This document shows, piece after piece, positions 11,392 through 21,474 of a DNA stretch of 64,000 nt. The notes beneath the pieces are model-generated. The model worked only from the letters and a program-made list of their open reading frames with translations, had not been told where the DNA came from and searched no databases. Every line of letters begins with the position of its first letter. Within the stretch, counting starts at the first letter, position 1. The DNA lies in assembly GCA_965198945.1 (NCBI GenBank), contig CBDAQI010000005.1:1-64000 (forward strand), read 5' to 3'. The translations under genes and the position numbers were made by a program. The DNA comes from Thermodesulfobacteriota bacterium (lineage in GTDB: Bacteria > Desulfobacterota_D > UBA1144 > Nemesobacterales > Mycalebacteriaceae).

Positions 11392-11563
11392 GGGACGCTC
11401 CGCCATCCGAAACTTCACCGCCTTAGCACCAATGCCGCAACCACAAGAAAAGATGCCTTCATTCTCTGGAATGACTGCTGATAAGGTGACCGCGTGAGAT
11501 AGTCTGAAATATTTTTGTGCGGCCACGGTTGAAAAAATAACCTGACAATGACTTCATAGGTTA

Positions 11564-12793
11564 TCACGCCAAATCCCCATAAAGTGGGACCGTCGGCGCA
11601 TGCGCATCAATCATTCTGGTAATATTTGCTGCTAATGGAAGGTTGTTTTTTTCCATCTCCCATACCTCCCGGAAACGCCGCACGGTTTCTGTTGCGGTGT
11701 CTATGACGAGTTTTTCCGGGAGAAGCGCTTTAGCGGCGAGATGGCGCAACTCGTCAGCACTGAACTGAGCCATTTTTCCGGTACGCGAATAGTTAAGCGC
11801 GGCCGTATTCTCGCCCTTGACATAAGAGATTGTGGAGACGAGATCGTAGACCGGTGAGAGAGCCGCCGTGCGTTTGTCGGGATAGATCAGCGACCAGTTT
11901 TTGAGGTGCATATCGCCATTGCCTATCAGGGCGCAAAAGACAAGTCTGCGAATATATTCGGCTGTGCTGGCATCGCCGGTTTCGGCGCCAATAACGCGGC
12001 CGATATTGGCGTAGCTCGCACGCTTATATTTGTTGTCTGGGAAGACGCCAAATACCTGCGCAAAATCCTCGGCGTGGACAGCTCCTTCCGCCGTGCGGTC
12101 AAAGCGGCTGACGGCGAGGGCCTGTCCCTCAAGTTCGCCAATGCCTTCCGGCATGCCGGCGATGGCATCAATGTCTATAAGTTTGATACCGGGCGCATCC
12201 ATGCCTATCAGCTTTGCGAGTGTCATCATTGAGAATTCATTCTCGGGCACACCCGAAAATTGTTGAGAGGGCAGCTTAATTATCCACGAGCCACCGACCC
12301 CTTCCGCCGGAATGGTGAGACCACCGCGTCTGTTACGGTTCTCTATCGCCGAGAATTTGAGCTGAACACCGGCAAGTGAGAAGCGGTATGCATTGGTCCG
12401 GACACTGTCCGGGGAAACTTCCGGCACGCCCGGAGGCATGGCTTCGCCTTCAATCGGGTGGATAGACACAGCACCGGGCAGATCCTGACCCAGCATCCAA
12501 AGCAGGAAGAACTCGCGTTGCGGGTTGACCCCGGCGCGGTCTGCCAGATAGAGGCGCAAGCGCCCTTCAGGCAGCAGGTTCGAAAAAAAGGGCGGCACCA
12601 CGCGCCGTGTGGGCTGGGAATTGGTGATCAGTCCGCCGAGACTGTCCTTGTAGGAGAGACTTAAAGTTGGGCGTGCGGTGTCGTTCACATACTGCTCGTT
12701 GAAAGCAAAAATAGTTAGATCTCCCTGCATACGGGTCAGGGTGGCGATCGAATGTCCGTGCAACTGAACATCAAGTACCGACACTTCAGGCAT
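11564..12793 (-). CDS. hipA: HipA-family toxin kinase
   Basis: PPFFSNLLPEG, SLAGVQLK, WIIKLP, RFDR, HAEDFAQ, GNGDMHLKNWS, LSPVYD. The ATG at 12793 overlaps the antitoxin stop. Confidence 0.93.
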   Translation of the reverse strand: MPEVSVLDVQLHGHSIATLTRMQGDLTIFAFNEQYVNDTARPTLSLSYKDSLGGLITNSQPTRRVVPPFFSNLLPEGRLRLYLADRAGVNPQREFFLLWMLGQDLPGAVSIHPIEGEAMPPGVPEVSPDSVRTNAYRFSLAGVQLKFSAIENRNRRGGLTIPAEGVGGSWIIKLPSQQFSGVPENEFSMMTLAKLIGMDAPGIKLIDIDAIAGMPEGIGELEGQALAVSRFDRTAEGAVHAEDFAQVFGVFPDNKYKRASYANIGRVIGAETGDASTAEYIRRLVFCALIGNGDMHLKNWSLIYPDKRTAALSPVYDLVSTISYVKGENTAALNYSRTGKMAQFSADELRHLAAKALLPEKLVIDTATETVRRFREVWEMEKNNLPLAANITRMIDAHAPTVPLYGDLA

Positions 12794-13379
12794 CGCCGCC
12801 CTCGTCATCCAACATGTAAGCGGGCCTGGAGTCGTCGGTAGAATCTCCATGCGCAGTTGAATTCAGGAGACTCTGCAGACTGTGCGCAATGTCACGGAAA
12901 ATGGGGACAGCCTGCGGCCTGCCCCGGTGGCACTCAAGCCGGGCGACCACCTTGCGCACCAGCCGCATTTGTTGATCGCTTAACTTCATACGGCGCAGGA
13001 AGGATAGAGACTCCTCAATGTGATCAAGCTCTGCGGAGCTTCCATAAAGCTGCTTCATCTTTTTGATCAGGCGTTCGGCACGTGCAAAACGCCTGCTACT
13101 GGACCGGTCGGCACGGATGCGCACCGCAGGCGTAGCTTGAGCCTTCACGAGGCCCAGCACAGCGGGCACAAGTTTCTTCGGCACAAGTATGAGCTCAAGG
13201 TCAAGAGCACGCGCCATGTCAATAAAGCTCGACAGGCCAGGCTCTATTTTGCCGCCCTCAATCTGCGAAATATGGCTCTGGGTCAGGCCGGCTCTATCAC
13301 TCAGTGCCCTCTGGCTGGTGCCAGATGCTTCACGCACCTCGCGAGCCTGTGTGATGAGATTCTCACTTTTATAATTCAT
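12786..13379 (-). CDS. HipB-like XRE antitoxin with a long C-terminal extension
   Basis: REASGTSQRALSDRAGLTQSHISQIEGGKIEP HTH; lies directly upstream of hipA and overlaps it. Confidence 0.85.
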   Translation of the reverse strand: MNYKSENLITQAREVREASGTSQRALSDRAGLTQSHISQIEGGKIEPGLSSFIDMARALDLELILVPKKLVPAVLGLVKAQATPAVRIRADRSSSRRFARAERLIKKMKQLYGSSAELDHIEESLSFLRRMKLSDQQMRLVRKVVARLECHRGRPQAVPIFRDIAHSLQSLLNSTAHGDSTDDSRPAYMLDDEGGDA

Positions 13380-13383
13380 GATG

Positions 13384-13424
13384 TATTATTCTATATCAAT
13401 TTAAGCAAATGATATAGAATAATA
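13384..13424. promoter_or_regulatory. Perfect 15-bp inverted repeat, probable hipBA operator
   Basis: tattattctatatca-N11-tgatatagaataata, 4 nt upstream of the antitoxin ATG. Confidence 0.75.
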
Positions 13425-13559
13425 TATACATTATCACGGATTAAGAATCATATAGATACAAAATAATAATCAAAACTACTTTAGGATACAGAATTATGAA
13501 TCACTACTCTGAACTTTTCGTTTTAGTCGTGACACGACAGGGAAGTTACAAATCACTTT

Positions 13560-13902
13560 CTGAAAGGAGCGGTGAAAATTATCCGAAGAGGTCTTTTTAT
13601 TGCCAAACTCTATAATCGTGAAAATTACAGAGGGGGCGAAAACCGTTTCATGATATAATCCAGAAAATCTTTTATGATCCGGAGACAAAATGGCAAAAGT
13701 TAAAACAGTAAAGGCGCGAGAAATTATTGACTCACGGGGAAATCCCACCGTTGAAGTTGATATTTTGTGCGAAGACGGCTCATTCGGAAGAGGGGCCGTG
13801 CCTTCCGGCGCATCAACGGGAAAATTTGAAGCGCGTGAACTCAGAGATTCATCAAGAAAAAAGAGATACGGAGGCAGGGGTGTTCTCAAAGCGGTTGGAA
13901 AT
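13560..13902 (+). repeat. Right copy of the hemW-3'/eno-5' junction duplication (degenerate hemW end, functional eno start)
   Basis: ttgccaaactctataatcgtgaaaattacag...gtttcatga resembles hemW ttgcaaactccatatttgtggaaattacgg...gtttcatag. ccggagacaaaatggcaaaa resembles ccggaagagcaaaaatggcaaaa. Confidence 0.8.
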
Positions 13903-15003
13903 GTCAACCGGATACTCAAAAGAGCCGTATCCGGAATTGACGCGCGCGACCAGCGGGAGATTGACCGGAAACTTATTGAAAAAGATTCAACAAAAGCAAA
14001 ATCACGGCTCGGAGCAAATGCGATTCTGGGCGTTTCGCTTGCGGCTTCACGGGCCGCGGCCGAATCACAGAAAGTACCTTTTTATCTGCATCTGTCCCGG
14101 CTGAACGGGAAAATACGCCCCGCTCTTCCGGTTCCTTTTATGAACATAATCAACGGCGGCGCTCACGCGGACAACAATCTGGATTTTCAGGAATTCATGC
14201 TTGTGCCGCACGGATTCAAAAGCTTCTCCGAGTCTCTGCGCGCGGGAGTTGAAATTTTTCAGAGTCTCAAATCTCTTCTGAAATCAAAGGGGCTTGCCAC
14301 ATCAGTCGGAGATGAAGGGGGTTTCGCCCCGGACTTGCGCTCAAATGAAAGCGCAATGGAATTCATAGTCTTGGCGGCGGAAAAAGCCATTTATAAAACG
14401 GGCGGGCAAGTGTCAGTGGCGATGGATGCGGCGGCAAGCGAATTATTCTCGGACGGTAAATACCGCATCGGAGGCAAAAAAATTTCGTCCGGGGCGCTCA
14501 TAAAAATGTATGAAAAATGGACGAAAAACTGGCCGCTTGTTTCAATTGAAGACCCTCTGGACGAAAACGACTGGGATGGGTGGAGTGAGCTTATGGACCG
14601 CATAGGACACTCCGTTCAGATTGTGGGGGACGACCTGTTTGTTACAAACAGACTGAGGCTTGAAAAGGGAATCAAACTCGGAGCGGCAAATTCAATACTC
14701 ATCAAAGTAAACCAGATAGGGACCCTTTCGGAAACCTTTGATGCAATGGAGTGCGCACGGCGCGCGGGTTATTCGTGCATGGTGTCTCACCGTTCGGGTG
14801 AAACCGAAGATCCGGCCATCGCAGACATAGCTGTGGCAACCGCATGCGGACAGATAAAAACGGGCGCACCGTGCAGAGGCGAAAGAACCGCAAAATACAA
14901 CCGCCTGCTGAGAATTGAAGAGGAGCTGGGCAAAAAAGCGGTGTTTGCGGGAAAGGTAATTCTGGATAAAATTCAAGTTGGACAAAGGGGTTCTGAAATC
15001 TGA
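13690..15003 (+). CDS. eno: Enolase
   Basis: [45 protein letters not shown]. Confidence 0.98.
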   Translation: MAKVKTVKAREIIDSRGNPTVEVDILCEDGSFGRGAVPSGASTGKFEARELRDSSRKKRYGGRGVLKAVGNVNRILKRAVSGIDARDQREIDRKLIEKDSTKAKSRLGANAILGVSLAASRAAAESQKVPFYLHLSRLNGKIRPALPVPFMNIINGGAHADNNLDFQEFMLVPHGFKSFSESLRAGVEIFQSLKSLLKSKGLATSVGDEGGFAPDLRSNESAMEFIVLAAEKAIYKTGGQVSVAMDAAASELFSDGKYRIGGKKISSGALIKMYEKWTKNWPLVSIEDPLDENDWDGWSELMDRIGHSVQIVGDDLFVTNRLRLEKGIKLGAANSILIKVNQIGTLSETFDAMECARRAGYSCMVSHRSGETEDPAIADIAVATACGQIKTGAPCRGERTAKYNRLLRIEEELGKKAVFAGKVILDKIQVGQRGSEI

Positions 15004-15004
15004 A

Positions 15005-16429
15005 ATGAGCGGTAAAACACTTCTTGAAAAAATCTGGAATTCACATCTGGTCGCCGGAGGCGAAAACGGACAGCCCGACCTTCTCTACATAGACCTGCAT
15101 CTGGTGCACGAGGTAACATCCCCTCAGGCGTTTGAAGGACTGTTAATTGAGGGCAGGAAGGTCCGCCGGCCTGATTTGACATTTGCCACAATGGACCACA
15201 ACGTTCCGACAACCGACAGGAACAAACCCATAGCGGACAATATATCCGCCCGGCAGATTGAGACTTTGAGAGAAAACTGCCGGAAATTCGGCATCTCTCT
15301 GTTTGACATAGCGCCCGGAAACAAAAACGCCGATCTTCAGGGTATAGTCCATGTTATAGGTCCGGAACTGGGCCTTACAAGGCCCGGAATGACGATAGTG
15401 TGCGGCGACAGCCACACTTCAACCCACGGCGCGTTCGGCTCTCTGGCTTTTGGAATCGGAACAAGTGAAGTTGAGCATGTGCTTGCGACCCAGTGCCTCA
15501 GGCAGACACGGCCGAAAACCTTTGAGATACGGGTTGAGGGCAAAAGGGGAACGGGCATCACGGCAAAAGACATTATTCTTGCAATCATAGGACGTATAGG
15601 AACCGCCGGGGCGACGGGCTATGCCATTGAGTATGCCGGGGAGGCGGTCAGAGAACTCTCAATGGAAGAAAGAATGACCGTGTGCAACATGTCAATAGAG
15701 GCGGGCGCAAAAGCGGGAATGATAGGGGCGGACGAAAAGACCTTTGAATACGTAAAGGGAAGACTTTACTCTCCGTCCGGCGGGGAATTTGAAAAAGCTC
15801 TTGAGGAATGGAAAGAGTGCTCATCTGATAAAGACGCCGTTTTTGATAAAACCCTCGTGATGGACGCCGCGGGGATTGCGCCTCAGGTAACATGGGGAAC
15901 AAACCCCGGAATGGTGGCTGAAATCAGCGGGGCCGTGCCAAACCCCGACAACGAAGAGAATGAGGCCATGCGCGACACGATGGAAAAAGCTCTTGAATAT
16001 ATGGGTCTTAAGGCCGGAACCCCGATAACCGACATAAAAATTGACAGAGTTTTTCTCGGTTCATGCACGAACTCCCGAATTGAAGACCTGGTTGAGGTCG
16101 CGCATCTGGTGAAGGGGAAAAAGGTGGCGGACAGCGTCAGGGCAATGGTCGTTCCCGGTTCCCAGAGCGTTAAAAAACAGGCCGAAGAGATGGGAATAGA
16201 CAAAATCCTCAAAGAGTCGGGCTTTGAGTGGCGCGAATCGGGATGCAGCATGTGTCTGGGAATGAATCCCGATATTCTGGCTCCGGGCGAAAGGTGCGCA
16301 AGCACTTCCAACAGAAACTTTGAGGGGCGGCAGGGAAAAGGGGGCAGAACTCATCTGGCAAGTCCGGCGATGGCCGCAGCCGCGGCCATTGAAGGCCATT
16401 TTGTTGACATAAGAGAGTGGGAAAACTGA
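15005..16429 (+). CDS. leuC: 3-isopropylmalate dehydratase large subunit
   Basis: [45 protein letters not shown]. Confidence 0.97.
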   Translation: MSGKTLLEKIWNSHLVAGGENGQPDLLYIDLHLVHEVTSPQAFEGLLIEGRKVRRPDLTFATMDHNVPTTDRNKPIADNISARQIETLRENCRKFGISLFDIAPGNKNADLQGIVHVIGPELGLTRPGMTIVCGDSHTSTHGAFGSLAFGIGTSEVEHVLATQCLRQTRPKTFEIRVEGKRGTGITAKDIILAIIGRIGTAGATGYAIEYAGEAVRELSMEERMTVCNMSIEAGAKAGMIGADEKTFEYVKGRLYSPSGGEFEKALEEWKECSSDKDAVFDKTLVMDAAGIAPQVTWGTNPGMVAEISGAVPNPDNEENEAMRDTMEKALEYMGLKAGTPITDIKIDRVFLGSCTNSRIEDLVEVAHLVKGKKVADSVRAMVVPGSQSVKKQAEEMGIDKILKESGFEWRESGCSMCLGMNPDILAPGERCASTSNRNFEGRQGKGGRTHLASPAMAAAAAIEGHFVDIREWEN

Positions 16430-17053
16430 ATGGAAAAATTCACAAAAATCAAAGCCGTTGTCGCTCCCCTTGACCGCGCCAATGTTGACACAGACCAGAT
16501 AATTCCCAAACAGTTTCTGAAAAGAATAGAAAGAACGGGGTTCGGACAATTCCTCTTTTATGACTGGAGATTTCTTGATGACGGGAAAACCCCGAACCCG
16601 GATTTTGAGATGAACGGAGAGCGATATAAAGGAGCGGGCGTGCTTTTGGCAAAGGAAAATTTCGGTGGCGGAAGCTCGCGTGAGCATGCTCCCTGGGCTA
16701 TCAGAGAGTTCGGTTTCAGGGTGATAATAGCTCCCTCTTTTGCGGACATCTTCTATAACAACTGTTTCAAAAACTCAATTCTCCCGGTAAAACTTGACCG
16801 CCGTAAAGTGGAAAAGCTTTTTGAAGCCGTGAGAAACAACCCGGGGTTCAGTCTGGAGGTGGATTTGGAAAAACAATCAATAACCGGAGAGGGGACGGAC
16901 CTTAATTTTGACCTTGATCCGTTCAGGAAAAGAACTCTTCTTGAGGGGCTTGATGACATATCACAAACATTGCGACAGGGCGGATTCATAGACTTATATG
17001 AAGAGCGGATGGTTAACTCCAGGCCATGGGGTTTTCCGGCGCAAAACGGGTGA
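16430..17053 (+). CDS. leuD: 3-isopropylmalate dehydratase small subunit
   Basis: NVDTDQIIPKQFL, NFGGGSSREHAPW, SFADIFYNN. Confidence 0.97.
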   Translation: MEKFTKIKAVVAPLDRANVDTDQIIPKQFLKRIERTGFGQFLFYDWRFLDDGKTPNPDFEMNGERYKGAGVLLAKENFGGGSSREHAPWAIREFGFRVIIAPSFADIFYNNCFKNSILPVKLDRRKVEKLFEAVRNNPGFSLEVDLEKQSITGEGTDLNFDLDPFRKRTLLEGLDDISQTLRQGGFIDLYEERMVNSRPWGFPAQNG

Positions 17054-17057
17054 ATTG

Positions 17058-17573
17058 ATGAACATAAAAATAACAACAAGACACATCAGTGACAGGAAAA
17101 CGGCGAAAAAAATGAAAAGCTACATGCTTTCAAAACTTCCCCGCATAGGAAGATACCTTTACAGGCGGGGCGAGGATGCAGCCGTCAGCGCCGTGCTTTC
17201 ATCGGAAAAATTAAGACACACGGCCGAGGTTATTGTTGTGGGAACAAAACTGTCGGCGACAGCCAGCGCAACCTCGGACAGCCTGACCTCTTCAATAGAC
17301 AGCGTTATGGACGCCGTTGTCAAACAACTAAGACGCAAGGGAGATAAAAGAATCTCCTCAAGGCGCAGAAACTCAGGCACAGACGGAGCGGGAGAACCGC
17401 AAATTCCGCCGGTAAAAGTTCAGCGCGTTGCGGCAAAACCCATGTCGCTTGAAGAGGCGGCCCTTCAGGTAAAAGCTTCTGAAAAGGGATTCCTCGCTTT
17501 TATTAACAGCGAAACACAGGAAATGAACGTCGTCTACGAGAGAGACAAGAAGGTTGTTCTGATAGTTCCCTGA
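17058..17573 (+). CDS. hpf: Ribosome hibernation factor, long HPF/RaiA
   Basis: MNIKITTRH N-terminus, KQLRR, and a C-terminal KPMSLEEAALQ...FIN...NVVY domain. Confidence 0.85.
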   Translation: MNIKITTRHISDRKTAKKMKSYMLSKLPRIGRYLYRRGEDAAVSAVLSSEKLRHTAEVIVVGTKLSATASATSDSLTSSIDSVMDAVVKQLRRKGDKRISSRRRNSGTDGAGEPQIPPVKVQRVAAKPMSLEEAALQVKASEKGFLAFINSETQEMNVVYERDKKVVLIVP

Positions 17574-17595
17574 AGCCGCCGAACTGAAAACCGTC

Positions 17596-18066
17596 ATGAA
17601 AATAGCAGATGTGCTGACCAAAGACGCCATAATAGAGTCTCTCAAGGCGACCGATAAAAAAGGGGTTTTGAAAGAAATATCGGAAACCGCCGCGCGTCTT
17701 TCACCCTCTCTTAGTTCGGATACGCTATTGAAAATGCTGCTTGAAAGAGAGCAGATATGCAGCACCGCTCTTGATCACGGAGTTGCCGTGCCGCATTTGA
17801 GAATGCACGGGTTGTCCGAGCCCGTTGCAGTTTTCGCGAAAAGCTCCGGGGGAGTGAATTTCAGTTCTCTTGACGGAAAACCAACCCATCTTTTCATGAC
17901 CATCATAGCGTCCGACTCACGCGTGAACGAATACATCAACCTGCTTGCCGGAGTAACCTCAGCCCTCAAAAACCATGAATTGCGCGAGCGGCTTGTCAAT
18001 GCGGATTCAAAAAAAGAAATATTTGAAATGCTTGTTGAGGAAGAACACGGCAATGACAAAGGATAA
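17596..18066 (+). CDS. ptsN: PTS IIA (nitrogen-regulatory, PtsN-like)
   Basis: LLEREQICSTALDHGVAVPH, VNFSSLDGKP. Confidence 0.85.
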   Translation: MKIADVLTKDAIIESLKATDKKGVLKEISETAARLSPSLSSDTLLKMLLEREQICSTALDHGVAVPHLRMHGLSEPVAVFAKSSGGVNFSSLDGKPTHLFMTIIASDSRVNEYINLLAGVTSALKNHELRERLVNADSKKEIFEMLVEEEHGNDKG

Positions 18067-19006
18067 GAAGGTCAGCGTCGGTGAACTGAATGAAAAATGG
18101 TTTTCAAATCTCAAACTGGGCAAGGTTCGCGGCAAAGCCGGATTTGATTCTTTCATAACCTCCGCGCCCGTTCGTAAACCGGGTCTCAGAATGACGGAAA
18201 GGCCCATGAAACTTGATTCGGGCCATGTCTACGTGCTTGGTGAAACCGAATGCTTATACATAGAAAAACTGTCCCGGAAAGAATTGGAGGAACTCACTGA
18301 CGAGTTTGAAAAACAGCGCATACCATGCTTCATTGTGTCTGACGGCATAAACATTAAACCCCGTTTCAAATCTCTTATGAACGGGAAATCCGTCGCGGTT
18401 CTGAAAAGCGATATCCCGCTTGAAGCGCTTATGTCAACTCTCGGAGAGATACTTGAGTGGCGTCTCGCCCCTTTCACCACCCTTCACGCAACACTTGTGG
18501 TGGTTCACGGAACCGGAACCCTTATAACCGGACACAGCGGAGTGGGAAAAAGCGAATGCGCGCTTGATCTTGTGGGACGGGGCTGGAAGTTCGTCTCGGA
18601 TGATGTTGTTGAAATAAAAAGAGTGGGCGCTCACCTTATTGGCGCGGCACCCGAAAGCGTAAAACATATGATGGAGATAAGAGGTGTGGGAATAGTCAAC
18701 ATAGGAGACCTGTTCGGCAGAACCTCCGTCATGGAAAACCACCCGATTGACATGGTAATAAACATTGAATTCTGGGATGAGGAAAAGGAATACGACCGGC
18801 TCGGAACGGAAAATAAAACGATCAAGATCCTTGATGTGGATTTGCCCATTGTAAATATTCCGGTGCGACCGGGAAGAAATCTCTCCACGCTCGCCGAAGT
18901 CGCCGTCCGGAACCATATCCTGAAAACAAGCGGAATCAGCGCCTTTGACCGCCTGACTGAAATAATGCCCGGCATCAAACCCGACTCAAAGCGGAGAAAC
19001 AGTTGA
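18053..19006 (+). CDS. hprK: HPr kinase/phosphorylase
   Basis: LHATLV, GHSGVGKSECALDLV, SDDVV, MEIRGVGIVN, PVRPGRNL. Confidence 0.93.
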   Translation: MTKDKKVSVGELNEKWFSNLKLGKVRGKAGFDSFITSAPVRKPGLRMTERPMKLDSGHVYVLGETECLYIEKLSRKELEELTDEFEKQRIPCFIVSDGINIKPRFKSLMNGKSVAVLKSDIPLEALMSTLGEILEWRLAPFTTLHATLVVVHGTGTLITGHSGVGKSECALDLVGRGWKFVSDDVVEIKRVGAHLIGAAPESVKHMMEIRGVGIVNIGDLFGRTSVMENHPIDMVINIEFWDEEKEYDRLGTENKTIKILDVDLPIVNIPVRPGRNLSTLAEVAVRNHILKTSGISAFDRLTEIMPGIKPDSKRRNS

Positions 19007-19842
19007 AGCGGCTGCTTATAATCACCGGTCTTTCGGGCGCGGGCAAAAGCACGGCTCTAAACGCGCTTGAAGACCACGGGTTTACCTGCACGGACAATAT
19101 GCCAACGAACCTGATAGGGTCTTTTGTAAAAGAACATCCGGGGCCTTTTGCCGTCGCCGTTGACTCAAGAACGCCGGGGGGAAATCTGGTTGAAAAAATC
19201 TCCCGGACGGCCGCGGAACTGAAAAACGAAGCAAAACTTGAAATCATCTTCTTTGAATCCTCCGATGAAACGCTCGTGAAACGCTACGGCGAGACGCGCA
19301 GGAACCATCCTCTTGCGAGAGACGGAAACATTGCGGACGGCATCCGCAGAGAGCGTGAAATGCTTGAGGATGTGAGAGAGAAAGCTGGCACCGTTGTTGA
19401 CACAAGCGGGCTCAACCCACACGAGCTCAGAGAAATTCTTTCATCGCGTGTGCTGAACAAAACGCGCGGCCCCCGCATCAACATAACCTCATTCGGCTTC
19501 AAACACGGGTACCCGCCCGATGCGGATATGGTGTTTGATGTTCGCATGCTTCCCAACCCTAATTTCACGCCGCGCTTGAAACCGCTGGATGGCAGAAACG
19601 GAAAAGTCAGGGATTTTGTGTTCTCGGACGGGAATGCGTCCGTGTTTCTTGACAAAGCGTCGGACATGATTGATTTTGTAGTCGAGAAATACGCCGGCAA
19701 AGACAAGTTGTATTTGAATGTCGCAATCGGGTGCACGGGCGGAAGGCACAGGTCTGTTGCAGTGGCCGAAGGGCTTGGTGAAAAACTCGCCTTTCCGGTT
19801 CAAAACATAAAGGTTGTGCACAGGGATATCAGGAAAAAGTAA
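19003..19842 (+). CDS. rapZ: RNase adapter RapZ
   Basis: ITGLSGAGKS, ETRRNHPL, SFGFKHG, FDVRMLPNP, IGCTGGRHRSV. Confidence 0.93.
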   Translation: MKRLLIITGLSGAGKSTALNALEDHGFTCTDNMPTNLIGSFVKEHPGPFAVAVDSRTPGGNLVEKISRTAAELKNEAKLEIIFFESSDETLVKRYGETRRNHPLARDGNIADGIRREREMLEDVREKAGTVVDTSGLNPHELREILSSRVLNKTRGPRINITSFGFKHGYPPDADMVFDVRMLPNPNFTPRLKPLDGRNGKVRDFVFSDGNASVFLDKASDMIDFVVEKYAGKDKLYLNVAIGCTGGRHRSVAVAEGLGEKLAFPVQNIKVVHRDIRKK

Positions 19843-19843
19843 T

Positions 19844-20278
19844 ATGGAGCTGATACTGGTCGTAACACACGGGGACCTCGCGTTTGAGTTGATAAAAACT
19901 GTTGAGTTCGTGCTCGGCGAAAGACCGGCGGTCAAAACCGAGGGAGTTTCGTTTTTCCCGGAAGGAGGTTTTGAAATGCTCTCTGAAGAGATAAAAAAAC
20001 ATCTGAAGGGCGGCGGGCATGATACGGTAATTTTGACGGACATGTTCGGCGGAACGCCTTCAAACGTCAGCCTCACTTTTCTTGACCCCGGAAAAATTGA
20101 AGTTTTGACCGGCGTGAACCTCCCAATGCTTCTCAAACTCTCCACATTGAAACCGGGCACCGCGCTCGGCAAAGCCGTGGAAGCCGGGAGAAAAGCGGGA
20201 CGCGAAAATATTGTTTCGGCAAGCGATATTTTGAACAGAGAATTCGCCGGAGAGATTCCAACGGGGGAGACACAATGA
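19844..20278 (+). CDS. PTS IIA, mannose/fructose family
   Basis: ILVVTHGDLA, ILTDMFGGTPSN, VLTGVNLPML. Confidence 0.9.
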   Translation: MELILVVTHGDLAFELIKTVEFVLGERPAVKTEGVSFFPEGGFEMLSEEIKKHLKGGGHDTVILTDMFGGTPSNVSLTFLDPGKIEVLTGVNLPMLLKLSTLKPGTALGKAVEAGRKAGRENIVSASDILNREFAGEIPTGETQ

Positions 20279-20604
20279 CCGAAGAGCAGTTCAACAAAGC
20301 GGTTGACAAGTGGAAAAATTTCATGCTGCGTGGGCCTCTTGCGGAATACACACTTGAAATAGACACTAAAATTGCCAGGGAGTTCGTCGCGGTCGCTCTG
20401 TTTCTGGACATTCAAACCGTAAGAGCTTCCGGAGAAGACGAAAAATTCTATGAGGGCTTCAGAGAGGCTTCCTCCGGAATTCTCAAGTTTATGGGGGTTG
20501 AAATGTTTCAGGACGATGAACAGAAAAAAATAGCTCTGGTTTCCTCATCTCAAGATCCCGAAGCCCGGGCGCGTCTCGCCCGCGCCATGTGGGGAGAAGT
20601 TTAG
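20275..20604 (+). CDS. Hypothetical protein
   Basis: 109-aa ORF with an ATGA overlap to the EIIA gene; no motif recognised. Confidence 0.7.
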   Translation: MTEEQFNKAVDKWKNFMLRGPLAEYTLEIDTKIAREFVAVALFLDIQTVRASGEDEKFYEGFREASSGILKFMGVEMFQDDEQKKIALVSSSQDPEARARLARAMWGEV

Positions 20605-20628
20605 AAAGGCGTTAACAAGGAAAACCCT

Positions 20629-21426
20629 TTGCGGCTCTTTGAAAAATTTGACGCTTTTCTTATAGACATTGACGGAACGGTGGTTTCCGGCACGAAACCG
20701 GCGCCCAAAGCCGCCTCTTCTGTTGCCAGACTCCGCAAAACGGGGAAACCTTTCCTGTTCGTAACAAACAACGCCCGGTTCACACCCCGCGGCTGGGCTA
20801 AACGACTTCAAAAAACGGGGTTTCCGGCGCGTGCGGAAGAGATTGTAACATCGGCGGACTCAACCGCGCTTTTCATCAGACGGAAATTCAAAAATCCCGA
20901 GTCAACAAAGGCTTTTGTTTCGGGCGGCGCTCCTTTGCTGTCTGAGATTGCAAAAACCGGCGTAAGTATTATAAAGGAGAGTGAGGTTTCAGGCGGATGC
21001 GATGTTGTGATAATCGGCGGACATCCGGGCTTCAATTACAATCACATAGCCGCCGCCGGCATTGCAATCAGAAATGGAGCGCTTTTCCTTGCCACAAATT
21101 CAAACTTCGTTTATCCGGCCGAAGACGGCAGTTTTATGCCCGCAACGGGAGCCCTTGCCGCTTCTATAGAAAAAGTGTCCCGCAAAAAACCGGTTATCAC
21201 GGGAAAACCGCATCCCGGTATTTTCAGAATGTGTTTGAAAACCCTCGGCACACCGCCTCAGAAAACGGCGATAATCGGAGACAGCCTGAAAACAGACATC
21301 AGAGGCGGAAAGAATGCCGGAATCAAAACCGTCCTTACACTTACCGGGATTTCATCGCGGACCGAAGCGGAGAAATCTCTTCATAAACCCGACCATGTAA
21401 TCAACGACTTGTCAGAACTGTTCTGA
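20629..21426 (+). CDS. HAD-IIA family phosphatase (NagD-like)
   Basis: DIDGTV, FVTNN, TGKP, IIGDSLKTDIRGG, LTLTG. Confidence 0.9.
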   Translation: MRLFEKFDAFLIDIDGTVVSGTKPAPKAASSVARLRKTGKPFLFVTNNARFTPRGWAKRLQKTGFPARAEEIVTSADSTALFIRRKFKNPESTKAFVSGGAPLLSEIAKTGVSIIKESEVSGGCDVVIIGGHPGFNYNHIAAAGIAIRNGALFLATNSNFVYPAEDGSFMPATGALAASIEKVSRKKPVITGKPHPGIFRMCLKTLGTPPQKTAIIGDSLKTDIRGGKNAGIKTVLTLTGISSRTEAEKSLHKPDHVINDLSELF

Positions 21427-21474
21427 GAGCCGGTGAAAGTGAAGAACCCGGACAAATATGATAAGAAATAGTAC

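Noticed and set aside
19489..20415. 308-aa antisense ORF and similar long shadow ORFs (e.g. 48105-48932, 61080-61766)
   Set aside because: They lie opposite well-supported genes and show no recognisable motifs.
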